64,000 nucleotides of DNA from an uncultured Bacillota bacterium (GTDB lineage Bacteria > Bacillota > DTU025 > MWDF01): NCBI GenBank assembly GCA_963823655.1, contig CAWGMK010000006.1, forward strand, positions 1 through 64,000. The letters are read 5' to 3'. The notes beneath the pieces are model-generated. The model was not told the DNA's origin and did not search any database. It was given only the letters and a program-made list of their open reading frames with translations. Numbering within the stretch: position 1 is the stretch's first letter; each line of letters starts with the position of its first letter. This document shows positions 43,099-53,288 of the stretch, one piece after another. The translations under genes and the position numbers were made by a program.

Positions 43099-44028
43099 TT
43101 AGAACAGCTTTTTCCTTATCATCACGATTACCGACACTATGGTCAGAATCACAGTCAGGATGACAGCGGATACGAAGCCGTAAGGGCTGTTCTGCCAGGG
43201 CAGGTGATAGTTAATGCCGAAGGTGCCCATAATTATCATGGGTACCGATAGGGCGACGGTTATGGCCGTTAGGAACTTCATTACCGCGTTGAGGTTGTTG
43301 TTAATGACCGATGTGAAGGCATCCTTAGTGCTCTCAATGATATCTGTGTAGATATTCGCCATGTCCCGGGCCTGCCTGTTCTCGACTATGATATCGTCGA
43401 GAAGGTCGGCGAGCTTGGGGTTGTTAGCAATCATAGAGGATGAGCGCAGCTTCTCCAGCGCCAGCTGGTTGCCGTTTACTGCGGTCCTTAGATATACCAA
43501 GGACTTCTCCAGGGTTAGGAAGTTCAGATATCAAGGAGTTCTTTATCCCAACGCCGATTTGGCCTTCCAGCTGGGTGTTCCTCTTGTCTATCAGGTAAAG
43601 GTCGCGTATGAAAAGCTCCGTTGCCCTTAGAAGGAGCCTTAAAAGCATGGCCTCGCTGGAGTCTACGGCGTGGTCTTTTACGGGCATGGCGACGAAGTCA
43701 TTTATTAGCTCGGTCTCGTCGCTTGATATCGTTATCGTCACTTTCGGGGTTATTGCGATCCCTAGCGCCAATACCCTCCACTCGTCATCGTCGTCAGCTT
43801 GGAGGTGTTGATGAAGAGCATGCTGTAATCCTTCTCGGGGCTGAACCTGGGCATCTCATACTCGTCCAGGCCGGCGCAAAGATCGTCCATATTGATGCCA
43901 TAGGAAGAGGAAAGGCCCTGAAGCTCATCGGATGTCGGGTTCACCGCCCTGATCCATCGGGCCTCGGCAGGGCTCGTTTCTGCCCACTTCCCGTCCTTCA
44001 AGGAGTAGTTCTTGATCAATTGAAGCAC
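43099..44028 (-). CDS. CorA-family Mg/Co/Ni transporter (frameshifted)
   Basis: WIRAVNPT, LDEYEMPR, KSLVYLRT, LLDDIIVENRQA, INNNLNAVMKFLT, FGIN (GMN-like), two C-terminal TM segments. Confidence 0.85.
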
Positions 44029-44086
44029 CTCTTTCGCGCGGCCTGGTATGCAGTCCGCAAGGTTTGCACAAGCTAATATTAAAGAG

Positions 44087-44115
44087 AAGGGGCGGGAATC
44101 CCCTCCCCGCCCCTT
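44087..44115 (-). terminator. Terminator after potD
   Basis: AAGGGGCGGG...CCCGCCCCTT with an A-rich flank on the + strand. Confidence 0.7.
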
Positions 44116-44133
44116 AGCATATCAGGCAAAAAG

Positions 44134-45238
44134 CTAATTGGACTTGATTTCTGTCCAGGCCTGGTCGTAAAGCTCCGTGCCTTCTTCTATGTCGATACCG
44201 AACTCGCTTCCCTCGAAGACATTTCCGTCCGGATACGCTGCTTTATTGTCCCTTACCTCCTGGGGAAGAAGCTGCTTGACCGCGGCATTGGGAGTGGAGT
44301 ATCCCACGGCTACCGTGTTCCTCAGACCGACTTCGGCATCAAGCATGAAGTTGATGAACTTGTGCGCCATGTCCGGGTTCTGGGCCGTCTTGGGCACTGC
44401 CATGTAATCTACCCATACTCCGGTGCCCTCCTTGGGGATCACGTACTTGAACTTGGGGCTTTCGGACATGAGAAGGAAAGCGTCCCCGGACCATGCCATG
44501 GACATGACTGCGTCGCCCGCCAAGCAAGGCATCCTTGTAGGCGTCGATGTCGTATGAGCGGACCATGGGCTTCTGGTTGATGAGGGCCTGCTTGGCAAGC
44601 TCGATTTCGGCAGGGTTTACGCTGTTCATCGAGAAGCCGAGCATCTTGAGGGTCAGGCCGATAGTGTCCCTCATGCTGTCGAACATGATGACCTTGCCGA
44701 AGTACTTGAGATTGTGAAGAGCCCACCAGCTGTCGACTGGCTCCTCAACCAGCTCGGAGTTGTATAGTATGCCGACCGTGCCCCAGAAGTAGGGGGCGGA
44801 ATACTTGTCATCCGGATCGCATGAGAGGCCCTTGAACATTGGGTCGATGTTTGAGGAGTTTGCGATTTTCGTGCCGTCCAGAGGCAGAAGCAGATCCTGC
44901 GCGATAAGAACCTGCAGCATGTAGGCACTGGGGAATATCACGTCGTAGACGTTCCCGCCTGCCTTCAGCTTAGCGAGCATCTCCTCGTTGGTCGAATATG
45001 TTTCGTAGATCACATCGACCTTGAATTCCTTCTCGAAATCGTCAATTATGGCAGGGTCTATGTACTCTCCGAAATTGTACACGTTAAGGGTGGGTTTCTT
45101 GCCGATATAGCCCAGCTTATAGGCGCCGAACAGGACGGCTGCAATCAACACCAGCACCAATACTATTCCAATAACCAGCTTAGATTTCAAAATATTCAGC
45201 TTCCTCCCGTATCTATATGGGGCGGAGGGCTCGCCCAT
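44134..45238 (-). CDS. potD: Spermidine/putrescine-binding protein PotD-like (frameshift ~44520; start likely TTG 45190)
   Basis: LNVYNFGEYID, YSTNEEM, PSAYM, PYFWGTVGI, PKEGTGVWVD, GYSTPN. Confidence 0.88.
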
Positions 45239-45359
45239 CGCCCGGATGACGCTATTATATCAAATATTTTGTATATGTTATTATCCCAAGCAAAAGGCAT
45301 CGGAAAGTGCAAAAAGAAAAGGCAGCCGTCGCCGGCTGCCCATAAGTTGCGTTCCCTGC

Positions 45360-46406
45360 TTAGTTGGACTTAATCTCGGTCCATATCCTGTCGTACAGCT
45401 CAGTTGCCTCTTTAATGTCCACTTGGACATCGTTCGTCTCGAAGACGTTGCCCAGAGGGTACACGACCTCGTTGTTGCGAACGTCCTCCGGAAGCAGCTC
45501 CTGAGCTGCCTTGTTCGGGGTCGAGTAGCCGATATATTCTGCAAGCTGCGCGCCAATTTCAGGCCTGAGGATGAAGTCCATGAATTTGTAGGCCTCGTCC
45601 TTGTTCTTTGCCGACTTGGGTATTGCCATCGAATTGACCCAGACGTTCGTGCCCTCTTTGGGCAATACGTACTTGAACGCGGGGTTCTCCCCGACGACCT
45701 TGAACGCGTCGCCGGACCAGGCCATCGAAAGCAGGGCGTCGCCGGCCAATAGCGGATCCTCATATCCGTCCACAGTGTAGGAGTGCAGAAGCGCCTTCTG
45801 CTGTGTCAATATCTGCTTGACCTCCTCCAGCTGCGCAGGATCGGTGCTGTTCAGGGAGTAGCCGAGCATCTTCAAGGTGACGCCGATGGTATCCCTCACG
45901 GAGTCGAACATTATGATCTTGCCTGTGTACTTGGGATCGAACATGGCCCTCCAGCTGTCGATCTCCGTGCCGATGGCCTCGGCGTTGTAGAGTATGCCTA
46001 TCGTGCCCCAGAAATAGGGGACGGAGTATTTGTTGCCGGGATCGCTCTCTAGGTTGGTGAATTGAGGATCCAGGTTCGAGAAATTCTTTACCTTGCTAAG
46101 GTCGATTTCCGAAAGCAGATCCTGTGCCAGGAACACTTCCAGCATATTGGTGCTGGGGATGACTATATCGTAGTTCGTGCCGCCCGCCTTAAGCTTTGCA
46201 AGCAGCTCCTCATTTGTGGAGTAGACTTCATAGACGACTTTTATCTTGGTCTCTTCCTCGAAGGCCTCTAGAACCGCGGGGTCCATGTAATCGCCCCAGT
46301 TGTAAATGTTCACTGTAGCCTGTTTGCCGCAGCCTCCTGCGAAAGCGGCGGAGAGGAGGAGCAAGGAAACCACCAACAATACTCTGAATTTCATCGACAC
46401 CAGCAC
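45360..46406 (-). CDS. potD: Spermidine/putrescine-binding lipoprotein PotD-like
   Basis: Lipobox-like AGGC, IYNWGDYMD, PYFWGTIGI, WSGDA, PKEGTNVW, GYSTPN. Confidence 0.92.
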   Translation of the reverse strand: MLVSMKFRVLLVVSLLLLSAAFAGGCGKQATVNIYNWGDYMDPAVLEAFEEETKIKVVYEVYSTNEELLAKLKAGGTNYDIVIPSTNMLEVFLAQDLLSEIDLSKVKNFSNLDPQFTNLESDPGNKYSVPYFWGTIGILYNAEAIGTEIDSWRAMFDPKYTGKIIMFDSVRDTIGVTLKMLGYSLNSTDPAQLEEVKQILTQQKALLHSYTVDGYEDPLLAGDALLSMAWSGDAFKVVGENPAFKYVLPKEGTNVWVNSMAIPKSAKNKDEAYKFMDFILRPEIGAQLAEYIGYSTPNKAAQELLPEDVRNNEVVYPLGNVFETNDVQVDIKEATELYDRIWTEIKSN

Positions 46407-46635
46407 CCTTCTTTTTCAATTCCTGATGATGCAATTATATACAAATGGGCCCACATGTAAAGCGGAAATTTCCTGCTGCTAAAATGCCTGCATCAAGGCA
46501 TGTTTCTGCTTTGCAATCCCCAAATCGAAAACCGGTATTGCCGCAATCTCAACGGCCCTTATCAAAAAGCGATGCCAGCGCGGTTAACTTCACGCTGGCA
46601 GGTTGATTTACTTAAACAATGCCCATCCTTTGGGC

Positions 46636-47412
46636 CTAGACCTCGGGCTTCTTCCTGTCCCTTGCCTGTATGACCAGGAGGAGCAGGAATATGGTGACGA
46701 AGATTATCGTGGTCAGCGCGTTTATTTTCGGCGTCACGCCCACCTTCGTCATGGAGTATATCTTGATGGCTAGCGTATTCACGCCAGATCCTGTAGTGAA
46801 GAAGCTAATCAGGAAGTCGTCCAACGATAGGGTGAAGGAGAGCAGCATGCCGGTCATGACTCCGGGCATGATCTCAGGCAAAATCACCTTCCAGAACGCC
46901 TGCGAAGGAGTTGCCCCAAGGTCCATGGCGGCCTCTTCCAGGTTGGGGTTGAGCTGATACAGCTTTGGCAAGACCGCAATCACCACGAATGGCACACAGA
47001 ATGTGACGTGGGACAGGATTATGCTCCAAAATCCCAAAGGAAGGCCAATGCCGACGTATAGGGCCAGCAACGAGACGCCGATTACTATCTCAGGATAGGT
47101 CACCGGCAGATATGTCATGTTGACCATGAAGTTCTTCAACTTGGGCTTCATCGCGTATATGCCGATCGCGGCCATCGTCCCGAGAACGGTAGCGCTGAAA
47201 GAGGAGGCTACAGCTATCACCAGCGTGTTCCTCAAGGCGTCCATTATGCTGCGGTCCTGGAAGAGCTCGGTGTACCAGTTGAGCGTGAAACCCTCCCAGT
47301 TGCCCCTGTACCTGGAGTTATTGAAAGAATATATGATCAGAAGTATTATCGGCAGGTACATGAATGTATATATCAGCCCTGCATAAACCCATTTGCCGAA
47401 CTTGTTTACCAC
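46636..47412 (-). CDS. potC: Spermidine/putrescine ABC permease PotC
   Basis: YLPIILLIIYSFN, PEIVIG, EEAAMDLGA, FTLSLDDF, PKINAL. Confidence 0.93.
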   Translation of the reverse strand: MVNKFGKWVYAGLIYTFMYLPIILLIIYSFNNSRYRGNWEGFTLNWYTELFQDRSIMDALRNTLVIAVASSFSATVLGTMAAIGIYAMKPKLKNFMVNMTYLPVTYPEIVIGVSLLALYVGIGLPLGFWSIILSHVTFCVPFVVIAVLPKLYQLNPNLEEAAMDLGATPSQAFWKVILPEIMPGVMTGMLLSFTLSLDDFLISFFTTGSGVNTLAIKIYSMTKVGVTPKINALTTIIFVTIFLLLLVIQARDRKKPEV

Positions 47413-48245
47413 AGCATCTCACTCTCCTCGCTCCTGTAACGGCTTGATAGGAGGGTGATTACCAGGACCATGGCTATCATGACAGTTGATATGGCCGAGC
47501 CGAACTGCCAGTTGCGCGCCGACAGGAACTGGTTTTGTATGAGATTGCCCAGCATCATGGTCTGCCCGCCGCCTAAAAGGTCCGAGATGATGAAAGTGGA
47601 GAGAGCCGGCATGAACACCATGATGATCCCGCTTACGATGCCGGGGAAGCTCAAAGGCAGTATCACTTTCACGAAAGTCTGGGCGGGATTTGCGCCAAGG
47701 TCATTGGCGGCGTCAATATGGCCCTGCTCCATCTTGACCAGCACTGAGTATATGGGAAGCACCATGAAGGGCAGGAAGTTGTACACCATACCGATTAGTA
47801 CAGCCCCTTCGGTATACAAGAGCTTAAGTGGCTCGTCGATTATGCCGATCCACATTAGCACCTGGTTGAAGAAGCCGTTCTCCCTCAGCAGGCCCATCCA
47901 CGCGTACGTTCTGAGAAGGAAGTTGGTCCACAGCGGAAGCACAAAAAGCATGACCATGAAGTTCCTGGCCCTGTCCTGGGCGCGGGATACTATCCATGCC
48001 ATTGGGTATCCTATGAGCAGGCAAAGCGCCGTGGATGCCACTGCCATGGCTATTGAGCGCCACAGCACTTTCAGGTAAATGGGCTGGAAGAACTTGACGT
48101 AGTTTTCGGTCGTGAACTTGAAAACTATGTCGCCATAGGGTGTGCGCTCGCAGAAGCTGTATACAAGTATGATCAAGAGCGGCACTATGCTGAACACTAA
48201 TGTCCAGACAATATAAGGCACGGCAAGGATCTTCTTGTTAGTCAC
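47406..48245 (-). CDS. potB: Spermidine/putrescine ABC permease PotB
   Basis: PLWTNFLLRTYAW, YNFLPFMVLPIY, AANDLGA, DLLGG, NWQFGSA. Confidence 0.93.
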   Translation of the reverse strand: MTNKKILAVPYIVWTLVFSIVPLLIILVYSFCERTPYGDIVFKFTTENYVKFFQPIYLKVLWRSIAMAVASTALCLLIGYPMAWIVSRAQDRARNFMVMLFVLPLWTNFLLRTYAWMGLLRENGFFNQVLMWIGIIDEPLKLLYTEGAVLIGMVYNFLPFMVLPIYSVLVKMEQGHIDAANDLGANPAQTFVKVILPLSFPGIVSGIIMVFMPALSTFIISDLLGGGQTMMLGNLIQNQFLSARNWQFGSAISTVMIAMVLVITLLSSRYRSEESEMLW

Positions 48246-48247
48246 TC

Positions 48248-49573
48248 CTAGCGCACCTCCGTCCCGTCGGGGTCATCAGCCCCAATTCCATACCGGATGG
48301 TTATCGGCTTCGACATATCGAACGGCTCGTCCGTCCTCAGGACCCAGGTCCTCTTGATGTCCTCGGTGTATACGTTCGTGATGTGCTTGCCCTGGGCAGT
48401 CGTATGCAGCTTGGGGACGGCTTGCATGGTCCCCTTGCCAGATTTCACGTAATCCTCGCTGTCCTGGGTTATCCAGAGCTCGCCTTTAATCTTATTGCCG
48501 GCCTGCTCGAAGGAAGCAGGCAGCATGTAGTCAGGGCTCACCAGCATGATCTGTATTGCGTCGGGGGAGAAGTCGATGCCCATCCTGGAGCCGATCTCCG
48601 CGTTCTTGGTGTTCTGTACTATCCAGTCGTAGCCCGAATCGTCGCGGACTACGATCTCGTAGTGCACGCCCTTGAAGACGACGCTTTCGACGACGCCGTT
48701 GGCCATGCCCTGGTGCTCTTTGACCATCTCCAGGTCCTCAGGACGGACCAACAGCTCGACGAACTGGTCCTTCTCATAGCCCTTGTCGACGCAGTCCCAG
48801 AGCTCGCCGATGCACTCCACCTTGTAGTCGTCCCTCATGACTGCATAGAGCATGTTGGCCTCACCGATGAAGTCCGCCACATAGTGGTTGATGGGCTCGT
48901 TGTAAATATTTATCGCGGTGTCGTCCTGCTGGATGACGCCGTCTTTCATCACTATGACCCTGTCGGACATGGTGAGGGCTTCCTCCTGGTCATGCGTGAC
49001 ATAGAGGAATGTAATCCCCAAGCGCTTCTGCATGCGCTTCAGCTCAAGCTGCATGTCCTTCCTGAGCTGGAGGTCCAGTGCGCCCAAAGGCTCGTCGAGC
49101 AACAGCACCTGCGGCTCGTTGACCAGGGCCCTTGCGATGGCCACCCTCTGCTGCTGGCCGCCCGATAGGAACTGCACTCTGCGGCGCTCGAAGCCCTCCA
49201 GGTTTACCAGCTTGAGCATCGCTTTGACCTTCTCTTTGATCTCTTCCTTCGGCGCGTTCTTCAGCTTGAGGCCGAAGGCGATGTTGTCGAAGATGTTGAG
49301 GTGGGGGAAGAGGGCGTACTTCTGGAAGACCGTATTCAGCTTCCTCTTATAGGGAGGGACGTCCGTGACATCTACTCCGTCGAAGAACACCTTGCCGCTC
49401 GTGGGCGTAAGAAAACCCCCTAGTATGCGGAGCATCGTGGACTTCCCGCATCCGGAGGGCCCTAGCAGCGTAACAAATTCCTTGTGTCTGATTTGCAGGT
49501 TGATGCCGGACAAAGCCTCGGCATCCTCGAATTTCATAGATACGTCCCTAAGCTCCAGGATGTACCTTTCCAT
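48248..49573 (-). CDS. potA: Spermidine/putrescine ABC ATP-binding protein PotA with C-terminal extension
   Basis: GPSGCGKS, NTVFQKYALFPHL, LSGGQQQR, LDEPLGALD, THDQEEA, RPED, FKGVHYE. Confidence 0.94.
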   Translation of the reverse strand: MERYILELRDVSMKFEDAEALSGINLQIRHKEFVTLLGPSGCGKSTMLRILGGFLTPTSGKVFFDGVDVTDVPPYKRKLNTVFQKYALFPHLNIFDNIAFGLKLKNAPKEEIKEKVKAMLKLVNLEGFERRRVQFLSGGQQQRVAIARALVNEPQVLLLDEPLGALDLQLRKDMQLELKRMQKRLGITFLYVTHDQEEALTMSDRVIVMKDGVIQQDDTAINIYNEPINHYVADFIGEANMLYAVMRDDYKVECIGELWDCVDKGYEKDQFVELLVRPEDLEMVKEHQGMANGVVESVVFKGVHYEIVVRDDSGYDWIVQNTKNAEIGSRMGIDFSPDAIQIMLVSPDYMLPASFEQAGNKIKGELWITQDSEDYVKSGKGTMQAVPKLHTTAQGKHITNVYTEDIKRTWVLRTDEPFDMSKPITIRYGIGADDPDGTEVR

Positions 49574-49762
49574 ATAGCATCATAACCCTCCATCCGGCGG
49601 CATTTCCGCATAAAACGCGCACATGATTCTCAAGAAGAATCAAATCAAAGAATGCGACATAAAAGCCTAAATGTCAATACTTTGAAGCACATATCGAATA
49701 TGCCGCGGTGCAGGGAAGGAAAGGCTATTCGCCCCGTAGCTGCACTGATGAGCGTCAAGGTA

Positions 49763-50161
49763 TTAATGCTTTAGCTCATGTTTGTCCTGCATCAGGACAA
49801 GGGGCACGGGGCCTGACCAACCCGTAAGGGTGGAAAGCCACAGGTTTCCGTGCTGCATCGCCGGATGCACGAGCAACTGTACATAGGGCGGCTTGCCAAG
49901 GAGCGCGACATCACCTTGGTAATGGTAATGCCCCTCCATCTTGGCGCTGAGGATCTCATGCCCTGAGCCCTTCTCCCTTACTACATAGGTCATGTGGACG
50001 ATTACATTCTGTTCGGAAGGCCTGCTGACTTCCTTTACGCCCACGGATGCCTCCAGGTTCATGCTGCCCTGGCGGCCCTGCCAAAGCGGTGCAGTGTCGA
50101 AGCTTAGGCCTTTAAGCACTACTCTTATCAGCATCAGGTCCTTGGGGTTGGGGTTTTCCAT
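49763..50161 (-). CDS. Hypothetical protein, possibly SecB-like chaperone fold
   Basis: About 132 aa, beta-rich N-terminus (LKGLSF), C-terminal WLSTLTGWSGPVPLVL resembling the SecB-like ending; RBS AGGAGG. Confidence 0.45.
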   Translation of the reverse strand: MENPNPKDLMLIRVVLKGLSFDTAPLWQGRQGSMNLEASVGVKEVSRPSEQNVIVHMTYVVREKGSGHEILSAKMEGHYHYQGDVALLGKPPYVQLLVHPAMQHGNLWLSTLTGWSGPVPLVLMQDKHELKH

Positions 50162-50252
50162 CTTCCTGACCTCCTGAGCTTGTTTAGGAAAATGCCCCCT
50201 GGGAGGCAACATACCGCACAGGGGGCACGATCGATTTGCTTTGGAGTATCTT

Positions 50253-52697
50253 CTACCTGGCGGCTTTTAGCTGTTCGATCTGGGCTATGGACCTGTCGCC
50301 GTAAGTCTTCTTCCTTGCGGTCTGGGTTAAGAAAACGATTGCGATTATTGCAAGTCCCACGCCGTTAACAACAAGTTCTCCGGGCAGGCTGTAGAAGAAG
50401 TCCTTTGCATTGACTATCGTTGCTTCGATAGGCTTGATGAAGGCGAATATCTCCATCACGCCGTGGAAGAACTGGGAGCCGCCTATCATGGCGAGCCCTC
50501 CGATTATGGCGAGTACCCTCTCCCACCAGGGCGCAATTGTCTTAAACCATCCTTGCACACCTACTGCGATGAAGGTCATACCGAGCACTGCCGTCACAAG
50601 GTTGAATATTGTAATGAAGGAGAAGAAGCTTTGGTTGATCATCAGCAGGTTCGTATTATACACGAAGCAATAGGGCACCATGAAGGCCGCAATAGACAGC
50701 TTCGTCGCATTCACGCCCGTCTTGAACGGGTCCGCTTTCGCAATGCCCGCTCCGGCGAATGCGGCAAGTGCCACTGGAGGGGTGACGTCGGCGATGATGC
50801 CGAAGTAGAACACGAACAGATGTGCCGCTAGCGCCTGCTCTCGGCCTATAAGGCCAATAATGGCGGGGGCTGCTATCGTCGATGTTATAACGTAGTTTGC
50901 CGTCGTCGGAACGCCCATGCCAAGGATGATCGAAGTGATCATCGTGAAGAACATGGTTAACAGCAGCTGGTTGTTCGCAAGCTCAACAAGGCCGGTGCCA
51001 AGCTTCAGGCCAAGTCCCGTCATTGTAACGACGCCGACTATCATACCGGCAGACGCACACGCAACGGCCACGCCCAACGCGCCTCTTGAACCGTCGACTA
51101 TCGCCTGGAAAAGCTTAGTCAGATGTATCCTGGGCTCTCCGCCGATTGCATTGACGAGGAAGTAGGAGGCTATTCCCATTATTGCCCCCTTGCTAACATC
51201 GCTGTAAACGGCATAGACGACCCCGAAAGTGATTATCGGTAGGATCAGCCTTCCCCACTTGGTCATGAAGTGAACAAGCGCGGTCCCGGGGTTGGCCTTG
51301 CCGAGCATGTAGACGATCGCAAAATAGGCCGCTATTGGCACAAGTGCAATCAATAGCAGGTCCAATATGGGCAGCTTCAGGAACGCGTTTGCCACATACA
51401 GCGCCGCTATCATGGCAATCACTATGCCGGTAACGGTCTGGAAGGACTTGCTCTCCCACTTGCCGACTTCCTTCCAATTGATGGCGTAGTCGCGCTTGAA
51501 GCAGCCAGCTACCACTGACAATATTATGCCGTAAAGGGCCGACTTCATCGCGGAGACTCCGGTGGACAGGAAGAACACGATCGCAATTACAGGCAATAAC
51601 AGCTGTACCTGGGTTCTAAGCAGATTCCAAATCTTGGGCATCTCTTCCTTGGGAAGGCCCTTAAGCCCCTGTTTCTTCGCCTCGAAATGCACGCCGAGGA
51701 AGACGCCGGTGAAATACAAGATGGCGGGGATAACGGCGGCTTTCGCTATTGTCGCATAAGGGACGCCCAGAAATTCGCTCATCAGGAATGCGGCGGCTCC
51801 CATGACGGGGGGCATGATCTGCCCGCCTGTCGACGCGCTTGCCTCGACAGCGCCTGCGAATTCTCCACGATAGCCCAGGCTCTTCATCATAGGAATAGTG
51901 AAGCTGCCGGTGCCGACGACGTTGGCGACGGAGCTTCCGGATATCGTGCCCTGAAGGGCCGATGAGATGACCGCGACTTTAGCGGGGCCGCCAGTAGCGG
52001 CTCCTGCTATGGAGTTGCCGAAGTCGATGAAGAACTTGCCGATGCCCGTCTTCTCAAGGAAGGAGCCGAACATGATGAACAGGAAGATGAAGGTAGACGA
52101 GACGCCCAGCGGGACGCCTAGTATTCCTTCTCCTGTGTAGAGCATGTATGAGGTAAGGCGCTCGAAGCGCACGCCCCTGTGCCTTAAGAACGACGGCATG
52201 GATTTTCCGAAGTATGCATATAGAAGGAAAGTAACTACGACTATCAAAATCGGCAGGCCGACGACTCTTCTTGCTGCCTCCAACACGAGCAGTATTGCAA
52301 GGGTTGCAAATACAACGTCTGCGGTGTTGTTCATTCCTGATCTCATGACAAGGTTGTCATACTGGCTCATATAATAGAAGGTTATGCATGCGCCGGTAAT
52401 AGAAAGAATGGCGTCATACCAGGCGAACTTGCGCCTTCCTTTGGGGGACGCGGGATAGAGCAGGAAAACAAGAGAGAGCACGAATCCCAGGTGGATTATC
52501 CTCTGAAGCGGGACTTCTCCGGTAAAAGCCGTCCAGAGCTGCCAGCAGCCCCATACGAACAGCAATGCGGTAATGATTTTTGTTAGCAGAGGACCGGTCT
52601 TCCTTGTGGCCAATTCCTTGTCGAATTTGGCCAGAAGTTCCTCTACATCCACTGGGGCATCTTCGACTTGGACCTTCTTGATATCTTCTGAAGACAC
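50253..52697 (-). CDS. TRAP transporter fused 4TM/12TM permease (TAXI-associated)
   Basis: LEAARR, EGILGVPLGVSS, GGPAKVAV, SGSSVANV, EASASTGGQIMPPVMGAAAF, LGMGVPT, DVTPPVALAA. Confidence 0.95.
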   Translation of the reverse strand: MSSEDIKKVQVEDAPVDVEELLAKFDKELATRKTGPLLTKIITALLFVWGCWQLWTAFTGEVPLQRIIHLGFVLSLVFLLYPASPKGRRKFAWYDAILSITGACITFYYMSQYDNLVMRSGMNNTADVVFATLAILLVLEAARRVVGLPILIVVVTFLLYAYFGKSMPSFLRHRGVRFERLTSYMLYTGEGILGVPLGVSSTFIFLFIMFGSFLEKTGIGKFFIDFGNSIAGAATGGPAKVAVISSALQGTISGSSVANVVGTGSFTIPMMKSLGYRGEFAGAVEASASTGGQIMPPVMGAAAFLMSEFLGVPYATIAKAAVIPAILYFTGVFLGVHFEAKKQGLKGLPKEEMPKIWNLLRTQVQLLLPVIAIVFFLSTGVSAMKSALYGIILSVVAGCFKRDYAINWKEVGKWESKSFQTVTGIVIAMIAALYVANAFLKLPILDLLLIALVPIAAYFAIVYMLGKANPGTALVHFMTKWGRLILPIITFGVVYAVYSDVSKGAIMGIASYFLVNAIGGEPRIHLTKLFQAIVDGSRGALGVAVACASAGMIVGVVTMTGLGLKLGTGLVELANNQLLLTMFFTMITSIILGMGVPTTANYVITSTIAAPAIIGLIGREQALAAHLFVFYFGIIADVTPPVALAAFAGAGIAKADPFKTGVNATKLSIAAFMVPYCFVYNTNLLMINQSFFSFITIFNLVTAVLGMTFIAVGVQGWFKTIAPWWERVLAIIGGLAMIGGSQFFHGVMEIFAFIKPIEATIVNAKDFFYSLPGELVVNGVGLAIIAIVFLTQTARKKTYGDRSIAQIEQLKAAR

Positions 52698-52729
52698 TAG
52701 AGTATACCCCCCTTATTTTGCTGCGGCCG

Positions 52730-53221
52730 CTAACGGGTAATCCTGAACTCCAGCAGTCTTCCGGGCCCCGCCTCTTGCACAAGGTCGACCAGGAAACCAT
52801 CCATCTGCAGGAAATGCCTGTCGTTTGCGGTCGTTACTGCTACCTCGAAACTCTCCATTACCCTGTTCATGTCGTAGTATCTGATGTACTCCGGGGTCAT
52901 CTCCATCTTCGCTCCCGGATCGGGCTCAGAGGGGAATCCCCATCCCATGTCCGCGAAATGAGTTTCGTAAAGCCTGAACTGCCAATCATCCGTTATCTCG
53001 AAGAAATCCGTCCAGTCGCTCAGCTGGACAGAGTGTTTAAAGGTAGTGCTGAACCTGTCTCCGGATACTACTTCAGCCTTGAATATCACCTCTTCGTCAT
53101 CTAAGGCGACAACTTCAAAATAATGCCTCCGGTCCAGCACCCTAAGCGTGAGAGCCGTGATGAGAACCAGAGCAAGCATTATTAATGAATATTTTAACCT
53201 ATTTGATGCCATTACTGCCAT
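52730..53221 (-). CDS. DUF1850-like protein of TAXI-TRAP operons
   Basis: FKHSVQLS, THFADMGWGFP, N-terminal TM; lies between TAXI binding protein and permease. Confidence 0.75.
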   Translation of the reverse strand: MAVMASNRLKYSLIMLALVLITALTLRVLDRRHYFEVVALDDEEVIFKAEVVSGDRFSTTFKHSVQLSDWTDFFEITDDWQFRLYETHFADMGWGFPSEPDPGAKMEMTPEYIRYYDMNRVMESFEVAVTTANDRHFLQMDGFLVDLVQEAGPGRLLEFRITR

Positions 53222-53240
53222 ATAGACGATTATAAAACAA

Positions 53241-53267
53241 AAGGGACGCCCTTGCGGAGCGTCCCTT
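53241..53267 (-). terminator. Stem-loop with U-tract after TAXI binding-protein gene
   Basis: AAGGGACGC...GCGTCCCTT preceded by AAAACAA on the + strand. Confidence 0.65.
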
Positions 53268-53288
53268 CATATTTCGTATCGGGAACCT

